Assembly: GCF_006345805.1 (NCBI RefSeq)
Contig: NC_043018.1
Location: 1,488,001-1,552,000, forward strand
Length of the DNA: 64,000 nucleotides
Direction: 5' to 3'
Origin: Octopus sinensis
Lineage: Eukaryota
Shown here: piece by piece, positions 11,560 to 24,494 of the stretch
How positions within the stretch are numbered: the stretch's first letter is position 1
Layout of the letters: the number at the start of each line of letters is the position of its first letter
Made by a program: the position numbers and the translations under genes
The notes under the pieces: model-generated
What the model saw: only the letters and a program-made list of their open reading frames with translations
What the model was told of the DNA's origin: nothing
Databases searched by the model: none

Positions 11560-12630
11560 TATGTGTTTCCTAGCTAGCAGAACCGCTTGATGCAAGTTAA
11601 CTTGGGATCCCTTGACAACACTGTGACAGTCATTTAACTAACGTATATTCGGCTTAATGCAGTGCCCGCCTGTATTCCATCCTAAATGGAATACAGCTAT
11701 AAACGACTACCGTTCCTGAACATTTTATCATAACCAGAAATATTTAAATTGAAACCGACATCCACTTCGGAAAATATCTTCTATTCTCTTCCAGCCACAC
11801 AAAACATACTAAAATGAATATACCTTTCAGCTTAGCAATAAGAATTTGCAGGATGGCATCAAATCCCGAAACCCGAGATAAACGATACCAAGTACTGAAA
11901 AACACATAGCTAGAAAGAATGTACCTGGTTAGTTTAATCAAACATGGAATAGAACGTGTAAAAATGATAAATATCCAAGAGTTACGAAAGACAAGAAAAT
12001 CCCATGACACACCAAAAACTTTGTCTTGCGTATCAACACAGTTTGATGAACATTAAAGCATACAACATCATCCATCAAAACATGCCCCTCCTTATAAACG
12101 ACCTGTGAGTGAAAAAAACACTGGAAACACATAGGATTATTAAAAGCAAGAGACAACCGTATTCTCTAAAAAGGTTACTTACCAGTGCCAACTTACCCAA
12201 AAAGCATACAACCCCTCCTGACAAAAACTGCAACCGCCCTAACTACGGGGTTTGCATCTACCGCTTGGAGGGTTCAACATATAAATTGAAGTCAGTTCAA
12301 ACGTTTACCATAAAAAAAATCACTTCACCTGCGCATCAAAGAAGTTAATCTCTGTCCTCGAATGTGGTGGGTGTGATGGAGAATACAGAGGTCAAGCTAG
12401 TTTGACCTATGTAGACAAACTGACGGTACACAGGCAAAAAATCCGGGATTCCATGACCAGGAAGATTCCCATAAGTAAACACCTAGATTAACGCCCCTTC
12501 AGACGTAAACCCGAAATACCAACTCTTCCCTTTCTATCAATGCACTGGAAACACTTCAACCCAATTCAAATTAAATAAGGAAAACACGCTCATTAAAAAA
12601 TATACACCGCAGCTAAATATCCTTTAAGAA
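11560..12630 (+). mobile_element. Penelope-like element ORF relic (RT C-terminus, Cys-rich linker, GIY-YIG)
   Basis: HTKHTKMNIPFSLAIRICR; LIKHGIERVK; KNCNRPNYGVCIY; YRGQASLT...TVHRQKIR; many stops and frameshifts. Confidence 0.75.
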
Positions 12631-13504
12631 CAGAATGGAAAGAAAATAAACTCAATTTCTCCACAAAATAAACAACCAGATACAACAGACCTAATTCGAA
12701 AACTTTAGTAAAGGCGCCTCCTGGGTTTCGAAACCCCAACTCCAAATCACTAGACTATAACACCATACAAATTCTCAAACACGAGTTACCTACGTAAACA
12801 CCAGTTACTTGCGTAACTGAGGTCTTAAGACAATCAACCAACCGGAACGGTTTATGACCATTAGGCAAAAACTAATGACCGACTCCCGACGCTGAAGTCA
12901 ACCAAGCAGAACACAAATTGACCAAATTAAAAACAGTTCCTTCACCAAAATAACTGATTCCCCAAAATTCTGTAAAAAGCGAACATAGCAGTACGCGACA
13001 GAACAAAGAACTACACGCAAGGTGACAAAAACTTTAAGAACTGTAAAAACTCCCTTCTTAACTCCTTTTCTTTTTTTCTCTCTCTTGTCCACGTATTCCA
13101 TAAAAAAACTCATTATGACCGAACTGTGAGAAATGTACATTTATTATATTCTTCGCTGAACATTAACTTTCATTGAATTGTATGTGAACATTTGATTGTT
13201 TACACATGTGTGTTGAATTTCTACTTCATAATTTTAAAATCTGTTAAAATCCCATTGTTTTATGTACATTCTTCTACCATTGATATACAAAAAAAATTGT
13301 GAAACTAGTTTGCTAGTCTGGTAGCTATGTGAATAAATCTATCTAAAAACTACTAAACGTGTTACAAATTGAGGTGAATTCTCAAAAACAAATTCTTCTA
13401 TACATATATACATATGCATGCATGTATGTATGTATGTATGTATATATGTATGTGTACACATATGTGTATGTATATATATATAACTTTAGTTGTAAGGTAC
13501 CGCA

Positions 13505-13537
<33 letters not shown>

Positions 13538-13541
<4 letters not shown>

Positions 13542-15632
13542 ATCAAAATAAAAATAAAATAAAAAACATGAGGCGAAGGATTCAGCGGTACATATGTTTC
13601 GGGCCTTTATTAGACAGATTCATAACAAATCATAATGTATGTCTGTGGCCTTCTTCAGCCGCGCACAACAGCTTCCACAAGGACATGTGTTACTTCCGAA
13701 ATTCTTGGTTGGGGATGCAAATCTTCTCGTTCCGTACGACATAATGCGGCAGCAGCATCGAATTGAATCGTCCATCCCTTTCTTCTCTCAATGTAGAATG
13801 AGGAAACTTGGATGTTGAGGTAATGTAAATAAATAAATACGTATATAGAGTGAAGATGGAGGGGCGAGAGTTCGGACGAGGGATAAAGAATATAAAATAA
13901 TATAAAATAATATAAATGTAGAGGATAAAGATATAAAGAGTTATAAGGAGATGTAAAGGGGGTATACAGAAGTATAAGAAATATAAATACATGTAAAGGC
14001 ATAATGTTGTAAAGTAAAAATGAAATGGCAATAATAGTAAAAGAAGTAAAAGAACCTGATAAAAACATGATAAAAGTGTAAAAGAATGTAAAGATAAGGG
14101 ATGTATAGAGGTCGCGGACCCAGCATGGTGGTCAGGAGATTGATAAAGCTTAGTTGTAGAACTGTCAGTAAATTAACGGTTTCGTCGTAAATCAGAGCTG
14201 ATGAGAGTTTAATCTGGTTCCTTGAATTAAATGGACTTCCAGTACATACATATCATCATGGGTACATACACCCACATACACGCGTACATATACGTCTCCA
14301 AGTCTATAAGCAAACACACGCACTCGCGTGTAAACACGTACATAAACACACACGCACCCACACGCACGCGCGCACACACACATACATACAACAGAATATC
14401 CGCATATATAGACGGACATTACGCGCGTACACGCTCACATGTATATACGCACGCCCCTCACTACATACGTACACGTATATGCCCACGTCTCTAGGTCTAG
14501 GTATAAGATATTAAAGGATGTGTATAAGAACGTATGTAAAGAATCCCGTACTCATGTTAATACGCGCACGCACACACGGCTGTGTGTCCGTATGTGCGTG
14601 GCACATATATATATTCACATACACACACAGAGACACACGCGCCCATGGGTATAGTCATAAGATATCGAAGTATGCATGTGCATATACGCGCGCGCATATG
14701 TATGTATGCGCATACACACGTACGCGGACGCTCGGATACTCAAAAGGCGGATCCATAGGTAAGTAAATAACATATATAGAGGTGTAAAGCGGTAAATTAG
14801 GGGTAAGGATGAGGTAAGGGTAAAGATTAGAAATAAAAAATACAGTATAAAATAAGAAATACAATGTAATAGTTAGAAATGAAATGTAAGAATTATAAGG
14901 GTTATAAGAGTTAGGTAAGGGATGAAAATGAAAATGAGAGTAAATGGCAGTAGAATAAACGTAAAAATAAAGGTAAAAGTAAAAATAAAAAAATAAAAAT
15001 AAAATTAAAATAAAAATAAATGGAAGTAGGATAAAAGTAAAAATAAAAATAAAATGAATAAAAATAAAAATAAAAATAACAATCAATAAAGTAAAAATAA
15101 AATAAAATAAAATATAATATATAAAAAATAAAAAAATAAAAAATAAGGTAAATATAATTTTGTAAGATTAACATGAGATGGAGGTGGCCCACATATATAT
15201 ATATGTGTATATGTACACCACACATACACGTATGTCACATACACACGCACACACACACACACACACACATACACACTCACATATAGGAAAACGGGATGTG
15301 CTGGAGCCGACAGTTTGCGCCGGGTGGGAGGAAATAGCATGGGGGAGTTGGTATAAGACCTAAGCATTGTAGTATTTGAAAGTATTAATAAGTTTATGTA
15401 TACAGGATGGTTTGAACTCTGACCTTTTGTTAATAAGATTGTGTTTGTCTTTGAATTTCAAGATGTTCAGGAGTTCTACACAGCATAGTTGGCATCCTGC
15501 TCTATTATTTAAATAAGGTGCAGCTGATCCGATGATGGACCATCTGAGTTTGAAGCTTATGCATTTGTCTTTTAATTCCCAAATTCTTTTAGAGAGGGAG
15601 GTGCTGTTAGCCTTATGTCTATGTCTCAGCGA
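13538..15632 (-). mobile_element. Penelope-like element 3' part, left arm of palindrome (GIY-YIG C-terminus plus ~1.8 kb 3' UTR)
   Basis: ORF 15360-15668: SLRHRHKANSTSLSKRIWELKD...RWSII..A.PY.N....CQLC..ELLNIL......LINKRSE is the PLE GIY-YIG C-terminal signature. Confidence 0.85.
13585..13662 (-). ncRNA. Type I minimal hammerhead ribozyme motif (PLE-associated)
   Basis: gcgg-CTGAAGA-a-ggcc...ggccc-GAA-ACATATGT-A-ccgc; stem I 4 bp; palindromic stem III; GUA triplet. Confidence 0.65.
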
Positions 15633-17732
15633 TACTACAACCACCGGTCCTCGCTGAGACATAGACATAAGGCTAACAGCACCTCCCTCTCTAAAAGAAT
15701 TTGGGAATTAAAAGACAAATGCATAAGCTTCAAACTCAGATGGTCCATCATCGGATCAGCTGCACCTTATTTAAATAATAGAGCAGGATGCCAACTATGC
15801 TGTGTAGACTCCTGAACATCTTGAAATTCAAAGACAAACCACAATCTTATTAACAAAAGGTCAGAGTTCAAACCATCCTGTACATAAACTTATTAATACT
15901 TTCAAATACTACAATGCTTAGGTCTTATACCAACTCCCCCCTGCTATTTCCTCACCCGGCGCAAACTGTCGGCTCCAGCACATCCCGTTTTCCTATATGT
16001 GATGTTTGTATTGTGTGTGTGTTGTGTGTGTGCGTGTGTATGTGCACATACGTGTATGTGTGTGTACATATACACATATATATATATGTGGGGCCACCTC
16101 CATCTCATGTTAATCTTTACAAAATTATATTTTACCTTTTTTTTTTTTTTTATTTTTATATTTATATTTTATTTTATTTTATTTTTACTTTTATTTTTAT
16201 TTTTATTTTTATTTCATTTTTATTTTTATTTTTACTTTTATCCTACTTCCATTTATTTTTATTTTTAATTTTATTTTTATTTTTTTATTTTTACTTTTAC
16301 TTTTATTTTTACGTTTATTCTACTGCCATTTACTCTCATTTTCATTTTCATCCCTTACCTTAACTCTTATAACCCTTATAATTCTTACATTTCATTCTAA
16401 CTATTACATTGTATTTCTTATTTTATACTGTATTTCTTATTTCTAATCTTTACCCTTACCCTCATCCTTACCCCTAATTTACCGCTTTACACTTATATAT
16501 GTTATTACTTACCTATGGATCCGCCTTTTGAGTATCCGAGCGTCCGCGTACGTGTGTATTGCGCATACATACATATGCGCGCGCGTATATGTACATGCAT
16601 ACTTCGATATCTTATGACTATACCCATGGCGCGTGTGTCTCTGTGTGTGTATGTGAATATATATATGTGCACGCACATACGGACACACAGCCGTGTGTGC
16701 GTGCGCGTATTAACATGAGTACGGGATTCTTTACATACGTTCTTATACACATCCTTTAATATCTTATACCTAGACCTAGAGACGTGGGCATATACGTGTA
16801 CGTATGTAGTGAGGGGCGTGCGTATATACATGTGAGCGTACGCGCGTAATGTCCGTCTATATATGCGGATATTCTGTTGTATGTATGTGTGTGTGCGCGC
16901 GTGCGTGTGGGTGCGTGTGTGTTTATGTACGTGTTTACACGCGAGTGCGTGTGTTTGCTTATAGACTTGGAGACGTATATGTACGCGTGTATGTGGGTGT
17001 ATGTACCCATGATATATGTATGTACTGGAAGTCCATTTATTCAAGGAACCAGATTAAACTCTCATCAGCTCTGATTTACGACGAAACCGTTAATTTACTG
17101 ACAGTTCTACACTAAGCTTTATCAATCTCCTGACCACCATGCTGGGTCCGCGACCTCTATACATCCCTTATCTTTACATTCTTTTACACTTTTATCATGT
17201 TTTTATCAGGTTCTTTTACTTCTTTTACTATTATTTCCATTTCTATTTTTTTACTTTACAACATATGCCTTTACATGTATTTATATTTCTTTATACTTCT
17301 GTATACCCCCTTTACATCTCCTTATAACTCTTTATATCTTTTCCTCTACATTTTTATATTATTTTTATATTATTTATATTTCTTTATCCCTCGTCCCGAA
17401 CTCTCGCCCCTCCATCTTCACCTCTATATACGTTTTATTTATTTACATTACCTCAACATCCAAGTTTCCTCATTCTACATTGAGAGAAGAAAGATGGACG
17501 ATTCAATTCGATGCTGCTGCCGCATTATGTCGTACGGGAACGAGAAGATTTGCATCCCCAACCAAGAATTTCGGAGTAACACACATGTCCTTGTGGAAGC
17601 TGTTGTGCGCGGCTGAAGAAGGCCACAGACATACATTATGATTTGTTATGAATCTGTCTATAAGGCCCCGAAACATATGTACCGCTGAATCCTTCGCCTC
17701 ATGTTTTTATTTTTATTTTTATTTTGATCAAT
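15633..17732 (+). mobile_element. Penelope-like element 3' part, right arm of palindrome
   Basis: QRYYNHRSSLRHRHKANSTSLSKRIWELKD... continuing into a UTR that is the reverse complement of 13538-15359. Confidence 0.85.
17609..17685 (+). ncRNA. Type I minimal hammerhead ribozyme motif (PLE-associated)
   Basis: gcgg(17609)-CTGAAGA(17613-19)-stem II-GAAACATATGT-A(17681)-ccgc; predicted cleavage after 17681. Confidence 0.65.
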
Positions 17733-18501
17733 TTATATATATATATAATATATATATATATATATAATATATATATATCACACACATATGTGTACACACA
17801 TACATATATATACATATATATATATACGTACATACATACATGCATGCATACATACATGCATACATACGTACATACATACATACATACATACATACGTGCA
17901 TACATACATACTACATACATACAATACATACATACATACATACATACATACATACATACATACACATATATACATACATGCTAGCAGAAAATTCATTCAG
18001 AATTCATGTTTTAATTGTATGCTGAAAAACAAAGTTTCGGCTCGTACCCCAAAGCAGCCAAAATAAGAAAAAAACCCATCGAAGTGAATTTTCGAAAGGG
18101 GGCTGGAAAAATATAAGAATGATTGCAAGGACTATGAAAGATATGAATGAAGAAACAAATATAATTCTGTGTGCTGAAGAAAGCGCATGTAAGGCGGAAG
18201 GCCGCGTGGGGCTTCACAATTGCAGAAAAAAACAGCATACATTCGGTTAAATGGTAACTAAATCATATAAAAAACTAATTTAGAACGCAAATCGTGTAAA
18301 GGCGTTGACTATAGAATGTAATGTGTAAGGGACTCATGATTGGGAGACATGCTATATTGGAATTTTTGCAGAGAATTTCGTGCGCCACGGCCATATTCGA
18401 TTAATTGTAAACAGAATGTAACAACAATGCAAAATCGTGTACACACATAACATATACACACACATGCATACACACACACACACATATATATATATATAAG
18501 T

Positions 18502-18542
<41 letters not shown>

Positions 18543-18548
18543 TCTATC

Positions 18549-18584
<36 letters not shown>

Positions 18585-18635
18585 CGGATAGATAGAGAGA
18601 ATAATATATATACATATATGTGTATGTATATATAT

Positions 18636-18687
<52 letters not shown>

Positions 18688-18751
18688 ATAAAATAGACAT
18701 TCAAATATGTATATATAATAAACCATATATAATATATATACATTATGAATG

Positions 18752-18801
<50 letters not shown>

Positions 18802-18836
18802 TAATATATATATATATAATATAATATATATATATA

Positions 18837-18882
<46 letters not shown>

Positions 18883-18939
18883 GGGGAGAGAGAGACAGAT
18901 ATATTATATATACAGAGAGGGAGAGATATATAGTTAGAC

Positions 18940-19065
<126 letters not shown>

Positions 19066-19689
19066 TAGCGTGTGTGTTTGTGTGTGTTTGTGCGTATATT
19101 CGTGTGTAGTGGTATGAATGTATACTGGAGTGTATGAATATGTGTACGTGAATATTTCTGAATAATTTATAGCAACATAAACTGATTGAGTTTATAAATA
19201 TCTCCATTCCTCTTGTCGGGTATTCATTGTCAACGCACGTTTCAAACTAAATGTCCGACAATGAATGCATTCGTGTTTATGCTGTAGGTATGTGTATCTG
19301 TAGATGGAGAAACGCCTATATATATATATTTTTTAATGTATCCAGTAATATAAAATTTATGTTATACACGCACTAAGCTCCGTTGTATGATTTACAATCA
19401 TGTATAATTATGCTCAACTTGCCTAAACCTATACGAGCAAGTTGAATATAATAGACCACTACTACGTATGTGAGCGTGCGCGCGTGTATATGTGGGTGTG
19501 TGTGGGTGAGTGTGTCAGTGTGTACGGGTATGTTTATGTTGTTGAGGATATATTTTATATATCTCTCATTCGATTTACAGTAATACACCATGTTTTTTTA
19601 ATTTAATTTTTATTTTTTAGCGTTTATATTTTTTTTTTCATATTTTCACTTCCATTCAGGTCTTGTAGAATAAGTACTGAATGAATGTC

Positions 19690-20180
19690 ACATCCACTTC
19701 CCAATCAGATAGTTCTGAGTTCAGACTCACCTTGCGGCACCTTGGGTGTTTCTACTACAGCCTCGTGCCGACCAAAATCTTGAGAGTGGCTTCCGTAGAC
19801 AAACCTGAGAGAAGCCCGTCGTATATATATATATATATGTGTGTGTGTTTGTGTGTGTGTGTGTCTGTGTGTGTCTGTGTGTGTGCGTGTGTATGTGTGT
19901 GTGCGTGTGTGTGCGTATATGTGCGTGTGTGTGGTGTGTGTGTGTCTGTGTCTGTATATGTGTGTGTGCGTGCGTGTGTGTGTATTTGTAATTTTGTCCC
20001 CTACCACCGCTTGACAACCGCTACTGGGGTGTTTAGGTCCCCGCAAATTAGCGGTTCGGCAAAGAAGCTAATAGACTAAGTAGCATGTTTAAAATAATAA
20101 GTACTGGGGTCGATTTCCTCCATCAGGAAATTTAAGCCAGTGTCCAACATGGCCTCAGTCTAAGAACTGGAACACGTACA
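19690..20180 (+). mobile_element. SINE family A, diverged, with (TG)n expansion
   Basis: Similarity to 55103-55499. Confidence 0.75.
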
Positions 20181-20370
20181 AGATATAGGTTAAAGAGGGC
20201 TGTATTGTTCGTTCGCAAAACTATTCACGCATGCTTATCAGTTTCCCACTGGAATTAATACTATCTTAATCCGGTGAAAATTCCTGGCCGCCATCATGTA
20301 GGCGATATTTAAACACATCTCACCCAGGCTACCATAGTAGACTTTAATTCGATATGAACGTAGAATATAT

Positions 20371-20597
20371 GTTTCTTTATTACCCACAAGAGGCTAAACA
20401 TAGAGGGGACAAACAAAGACAGACAAACGGATTAAGTCGAATACATCGACGCCAGTGTGTAACTGGTACTTAATTTATCGACCCCGAAAGGATGAAAGGG
20501 GAAAGATGACCCCGGTGGAATTTGAACTCAGAACGTAACGGCAGACGAAATACTGCTAAGCATTTCCCCCGGCGCGCTAACGATTCGGCCAGCTCGA
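20371..20597 (-). mobile_element. SINE family C
   Basis: Matches 29557-29789. Confidence 0.85.
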
Positions 20598-21441
20598 CGC
20601 ATTTAGCAGAAGAATACATTAAGAGATTGTATGTCAGAGAAATAGTAAAATTTATGAAGAGAGAGAGAGGGAACCCGTAAGGTGTACAGAAAACGTATGG
20701 CAAAGTGAAAGAGAGAGAAGAGAAAGAATCGACCTGTGTGTGTGTGTGTGTGTCTGTGTGTGTGTGTCTGTGTGTGTGTGTGTCTGTGTGTGTGTGTGTG
20801 TGTGTAAGAAAGAGAAGGTATAAAGAGAGACTATTATCTATGAATCGTTGTGAACGTTAGATGCTGAAAAACGTATAACAAACTGAATGATGAGGGAGAG
20901 AAAGAAGGAGCTAATGTGTGTGTAAGAAAGAGAGAAAGGGATAAGTGCAGAGACACACAAGGACACAGAGACAAACAGAGAGAGAGAGGGTTTTTCGTGA
21001 AGGAATGTAAATTGGGAGACCGAGAAGATTTATGACCGAGAGTCCATGAGATAGAAAACGGATTATTTCATAGGTAGAGTGTGAGAGACGGAGAAATTTA
21101 TGTCGACACCAAGAAATATTGTTTGGCTGATGAGAAGAGAAATAAACAGAATGAGGGGGAGAGGGAAGCAGTTACAGCGAGAAAGAGGGCAAGATCGAGT
21201 GACAGTAAAATGGGAAATGAAAGGAGTAGAGATGGCGGAGAGGAGTGAGAAATTAGAAAAGAAGATTTTTAGCTTTTTTTTATATTAATGACATTGCGAA
21301 GAAACAATGGGATGCTTTATTGTAATTTCATTAATTGCGAGGTCGATGAACTTGTAAATAAAATTTCGTTTTAGTGGAATTTAGAAGCTTAGAACTAAAC
21401 ACGCACACCAATAGAAATACAGACATACACACGCACGCACA

Positions 21442-21474
<33 letters not shown>

Positions 21475-21506
21475 ATATGAACACATACAAGTGAACACAA
21501 TCAAAA

Positions 21507-21540
21507 GTGTCCGACGAACGGGAACGTGAAACTCCGTGAA
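21507..21540 (+). ncRNA. Degenerate hammerhead-like motif with CCGACGA core
   Basis: gtgt-CCGACGA-acg GGAA cgt-GAAA-ctc; intact 3-bp stem II with GNRA loop; stems III and I decayed; homologous to 53248-53285. Confidence 0.35.
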
Positions 21541-21714
21541 AATTCCGGACGGGTAGATAATGACTAGAAAAATTATAATAATATCACAGTCAAACCTACC
21601 ATTTTTATCAATTAAATTTCAGTAAGGTTTCTATTTTCGACTTTAATGTTAAAATTTTGTTCTTTTGTTATGGTCCCTAATGCTGAAAATAAACTTCAAA
21701 GCTCTTCGCGGTTT

Positions 21715-22200
21715 TTCAATTCCCTCTCTCTCTCTCTCTCTATTCGCTCAGTGGAGATCGACTCTCGGTCACTCGTTGGATCAGTGTCCTCCAGTCAGTT
21801 CTATCCTGGGCCGCTTCCTTCAGATTGGCCATATCCATTCCGGTAACACTCCTGATGGTGTCAAGCCAGCGGGTTCTTGGTCGGCCTCTTCCTCTCTTGC
21901 CACTGACCATTCCGAGCATGATGTCATTCCCAGGGATTTTCTCCGCATAATATGACCGAAATATGCCAATCTACGCTTGGTGATCCCAGCTTCTAGAACA
22001 AATTCTCTAGTGTATGCTAATGTTTTTCGGACAAGAAGTTCCAACAAAATCTGTTAAGATACCGCTTAGCTTTTGTTCAGTAAAACCAATGTAGTCGTGG
22101 TTTAGCTTCATTGGGTATCATTAGTGAAAGCCCCAAGTATTCGCCCTAAATGTCAAGAAACTTGTTCCCTTAAAATTCGGTTATAGAAGTTATATGTGTG
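21715..22200 (-). mobile_element. RTE-clade LINE 3' fragment
   Basis: LEAGITKRRLAYFGHIMRRKSL, then GKRGRGRPRTRWLDTI in the adjacent frame; (GA)n tail. Confidence 0.85.
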
Positions 22201-22373
22201 ACATCAATGCTATTATTTCTGCTTTTCCTTCATCTAGATATCAGTGGGTAGTACACATTATACATGCATGCACAGATACGCACATATATCCATACATATA
22301 TTTATAAACATACACATACTATATATATGTATATATATATATATTACACACATTACACACAGGCACATATATC

Positions 22374-22415
<42 letters not shown>

Positions 22416-22572
22416 TATATATATATATGTACATATATATATCATATATAATATATATATACATACATATATATATATACATATATATATATGTATATAT
22501 ATATATATGTATGTATATACATATATCAAGGTATATTATATACATATCTATAATATAATTATACATACATAC

Positions 22573-22630
<58 letters not shown>

Positions 22631-22635
22631 GATTA

Positions 22636-22681
<46 letters not shown>

Positions 22682-22959
22682 ATATATATATATATAATAT
22701 GAAGAGAAAGGGAACCTAGAATCTAAGATTACGCGATGCACAAGCTGTAATAAGCGGTTTTGACTAAATTCTAAGAAATCTGGAACACAGTAAATGTATC
22801 ATTTCCTTGTTTAACCACAATGCCATAAGCACATTCAACACTAATCATTTTGGCATTGAACCATTACTTCCAGGCAAAAGCAATTGCCGTTACCGTTCTT
22901 AAAGTTCTTGCCGTTCCGACCGTGGCGTTGTTGCCGTCGTCGTTAACCATAACGATGAT

Positions 22960-23066
22960 GACGACGATTACGACACCGAAGGGGGTATTTCTTCCTGATC
23001 TTCTTTTACGATTTCTTTTACTACTCCTAAAACTACTACGTTTTCATATTTATTATCATCATTAGT

Positions 23067-23112
<46 letters not shown>

Positions 23113-23147
23113 GCTGCTGCCGCTGCTGCTGCTGCTATAACTACTAT

Positions 23148-23180
<33 letters not shown>

Positions 23181-23308
23181 AATTATTATTATTATAATTA
23201 TTATTATTATCATTATCATTATTATCATTATTATCATTATTATCATTATTACTATTACAATTATTATTATTATTATTATCATCATTATCATTATTATCAT
23301 TATTGTTA

Positions 23309-23339
<31 letters not shown>

Positions 23340-23360
23340 TATCATTATTACTATTATTAC

Positions 23361-23410
<50 letters not shown>
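22960..23410. repeat. Trinucleotide mosaic (TAC/TGC/TAT/CAT)n
   Basis: Directly visible. Confidence 0.9.
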
Positions 23411-23412
<2 letters not shown>

Positions 23413-23950
23413 ACGTTTTTCTTTCCTTCATACCATCCTCCGTTTTCCATATTTTCCTTCCTCTCTCTTCTATGCTTCTCTCCTTCCCTTTCATTCCATC
23501 TCCTCCACCACCTCTTTTAACTCTTATTTATTTCATTTTCCTCTCCTATCCTCCCCCCATCCCTCTCTTCTTCTCTTCATGGTTGTTATTGTATCGTTCC
23601 TGCATCTTGTATTCTTTTCTTTCCGTTCTGAATTCTCGTATATATTTCTACTGTGGTTCTCTCTTTATATTTTATCATATAATTTATTTGGTGATGTTTA
23701 TGAGAGCTATAACCATTTATTTACGTGTATATATATGTGAGTGGGTATATGAATGTACGTATATATATACATATTCATCCACGCATTCATACATCCATCG
23801 TTTAAATATGTATAAGTACATGTATATATATACACACATATATTATATATATATATTATATCACATCATATATATATATGTATGTATATATGTATATATT
23901 TAATATACGTTTATCAATATGTATGTATATATATATTATATATATAATAT

Positions 23951-23998
<48 letters not shown>

Positions 23999-24266
23999 AA
24001 GATATATATATACCTATATATATATCCTTGTGTATTTGCACATGAGATTTCACATACACTCAGAGACAAATAGACAGACAACCCATTTGCATGTAAACAC
24101 TAGCACCTGCTTTCACATATTTCTACAAACATATTCTAGCCGACTCGTTCGAAAACCTGGAAAATGCTTGGCGTTATTGTTCCGCCCAGGTGCTTCATGG
24201 CATTCATGAATTAAGAGATATGAAAGTACTAGATGCAAAATGGCTACTTTTAGTACATTAGAATAG

Positions 24267-24494
24267 TCTCAGTCCGTTCAAACAGAACAAAGCGATAGAA
24301 AACATGAGCAACAGCAGCTCAGTATTAGAAATAAAGCTCTGCTCAAAAACCTTATTCGAGAGGACAGAATGGGAGCACAATTTACGAAACGCCACACAGG
24401 TCCGTACGCCATTGCAGACGTTTCTCTTCAAATAGCAAGAAAAAGAAAATGCTATCAACCTCATCCGATATATTGCGCAACCAACCGCAAGTAA
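24267..24494 (+). mobile_element. Gypsy/Ginger-type integrase C-terminal relic (GPY motif)
   Basis: ATG-less open frame SQSVQTEQSDRKHEQQQLSIRNKALLKNLIREDRMGAQFTKRHTGPYAIADV, resembling Q..Q...YDR.H...G.KVLLKN..R.....W.GPY.I. Confidence 0.6.

Noticed and set aside
13400-13480. Apparent extension of the big palindrome into flanking mosaics (versus 17780-17850)
   Set aside because: The shared words (cacatatgtg, gtgtacac, atgcat) are themselves palindromic low-complexity motifs, so the similarity is uninformative.
14165-14230. CTGATGA near TTTCGTC (mirror at ~17040-17100; similar at 35210) as a second hammerhead
   Set aside because: CUGANGA and GAAA fall on opposite strands or in the wrong order; no consistent three-stem fold.
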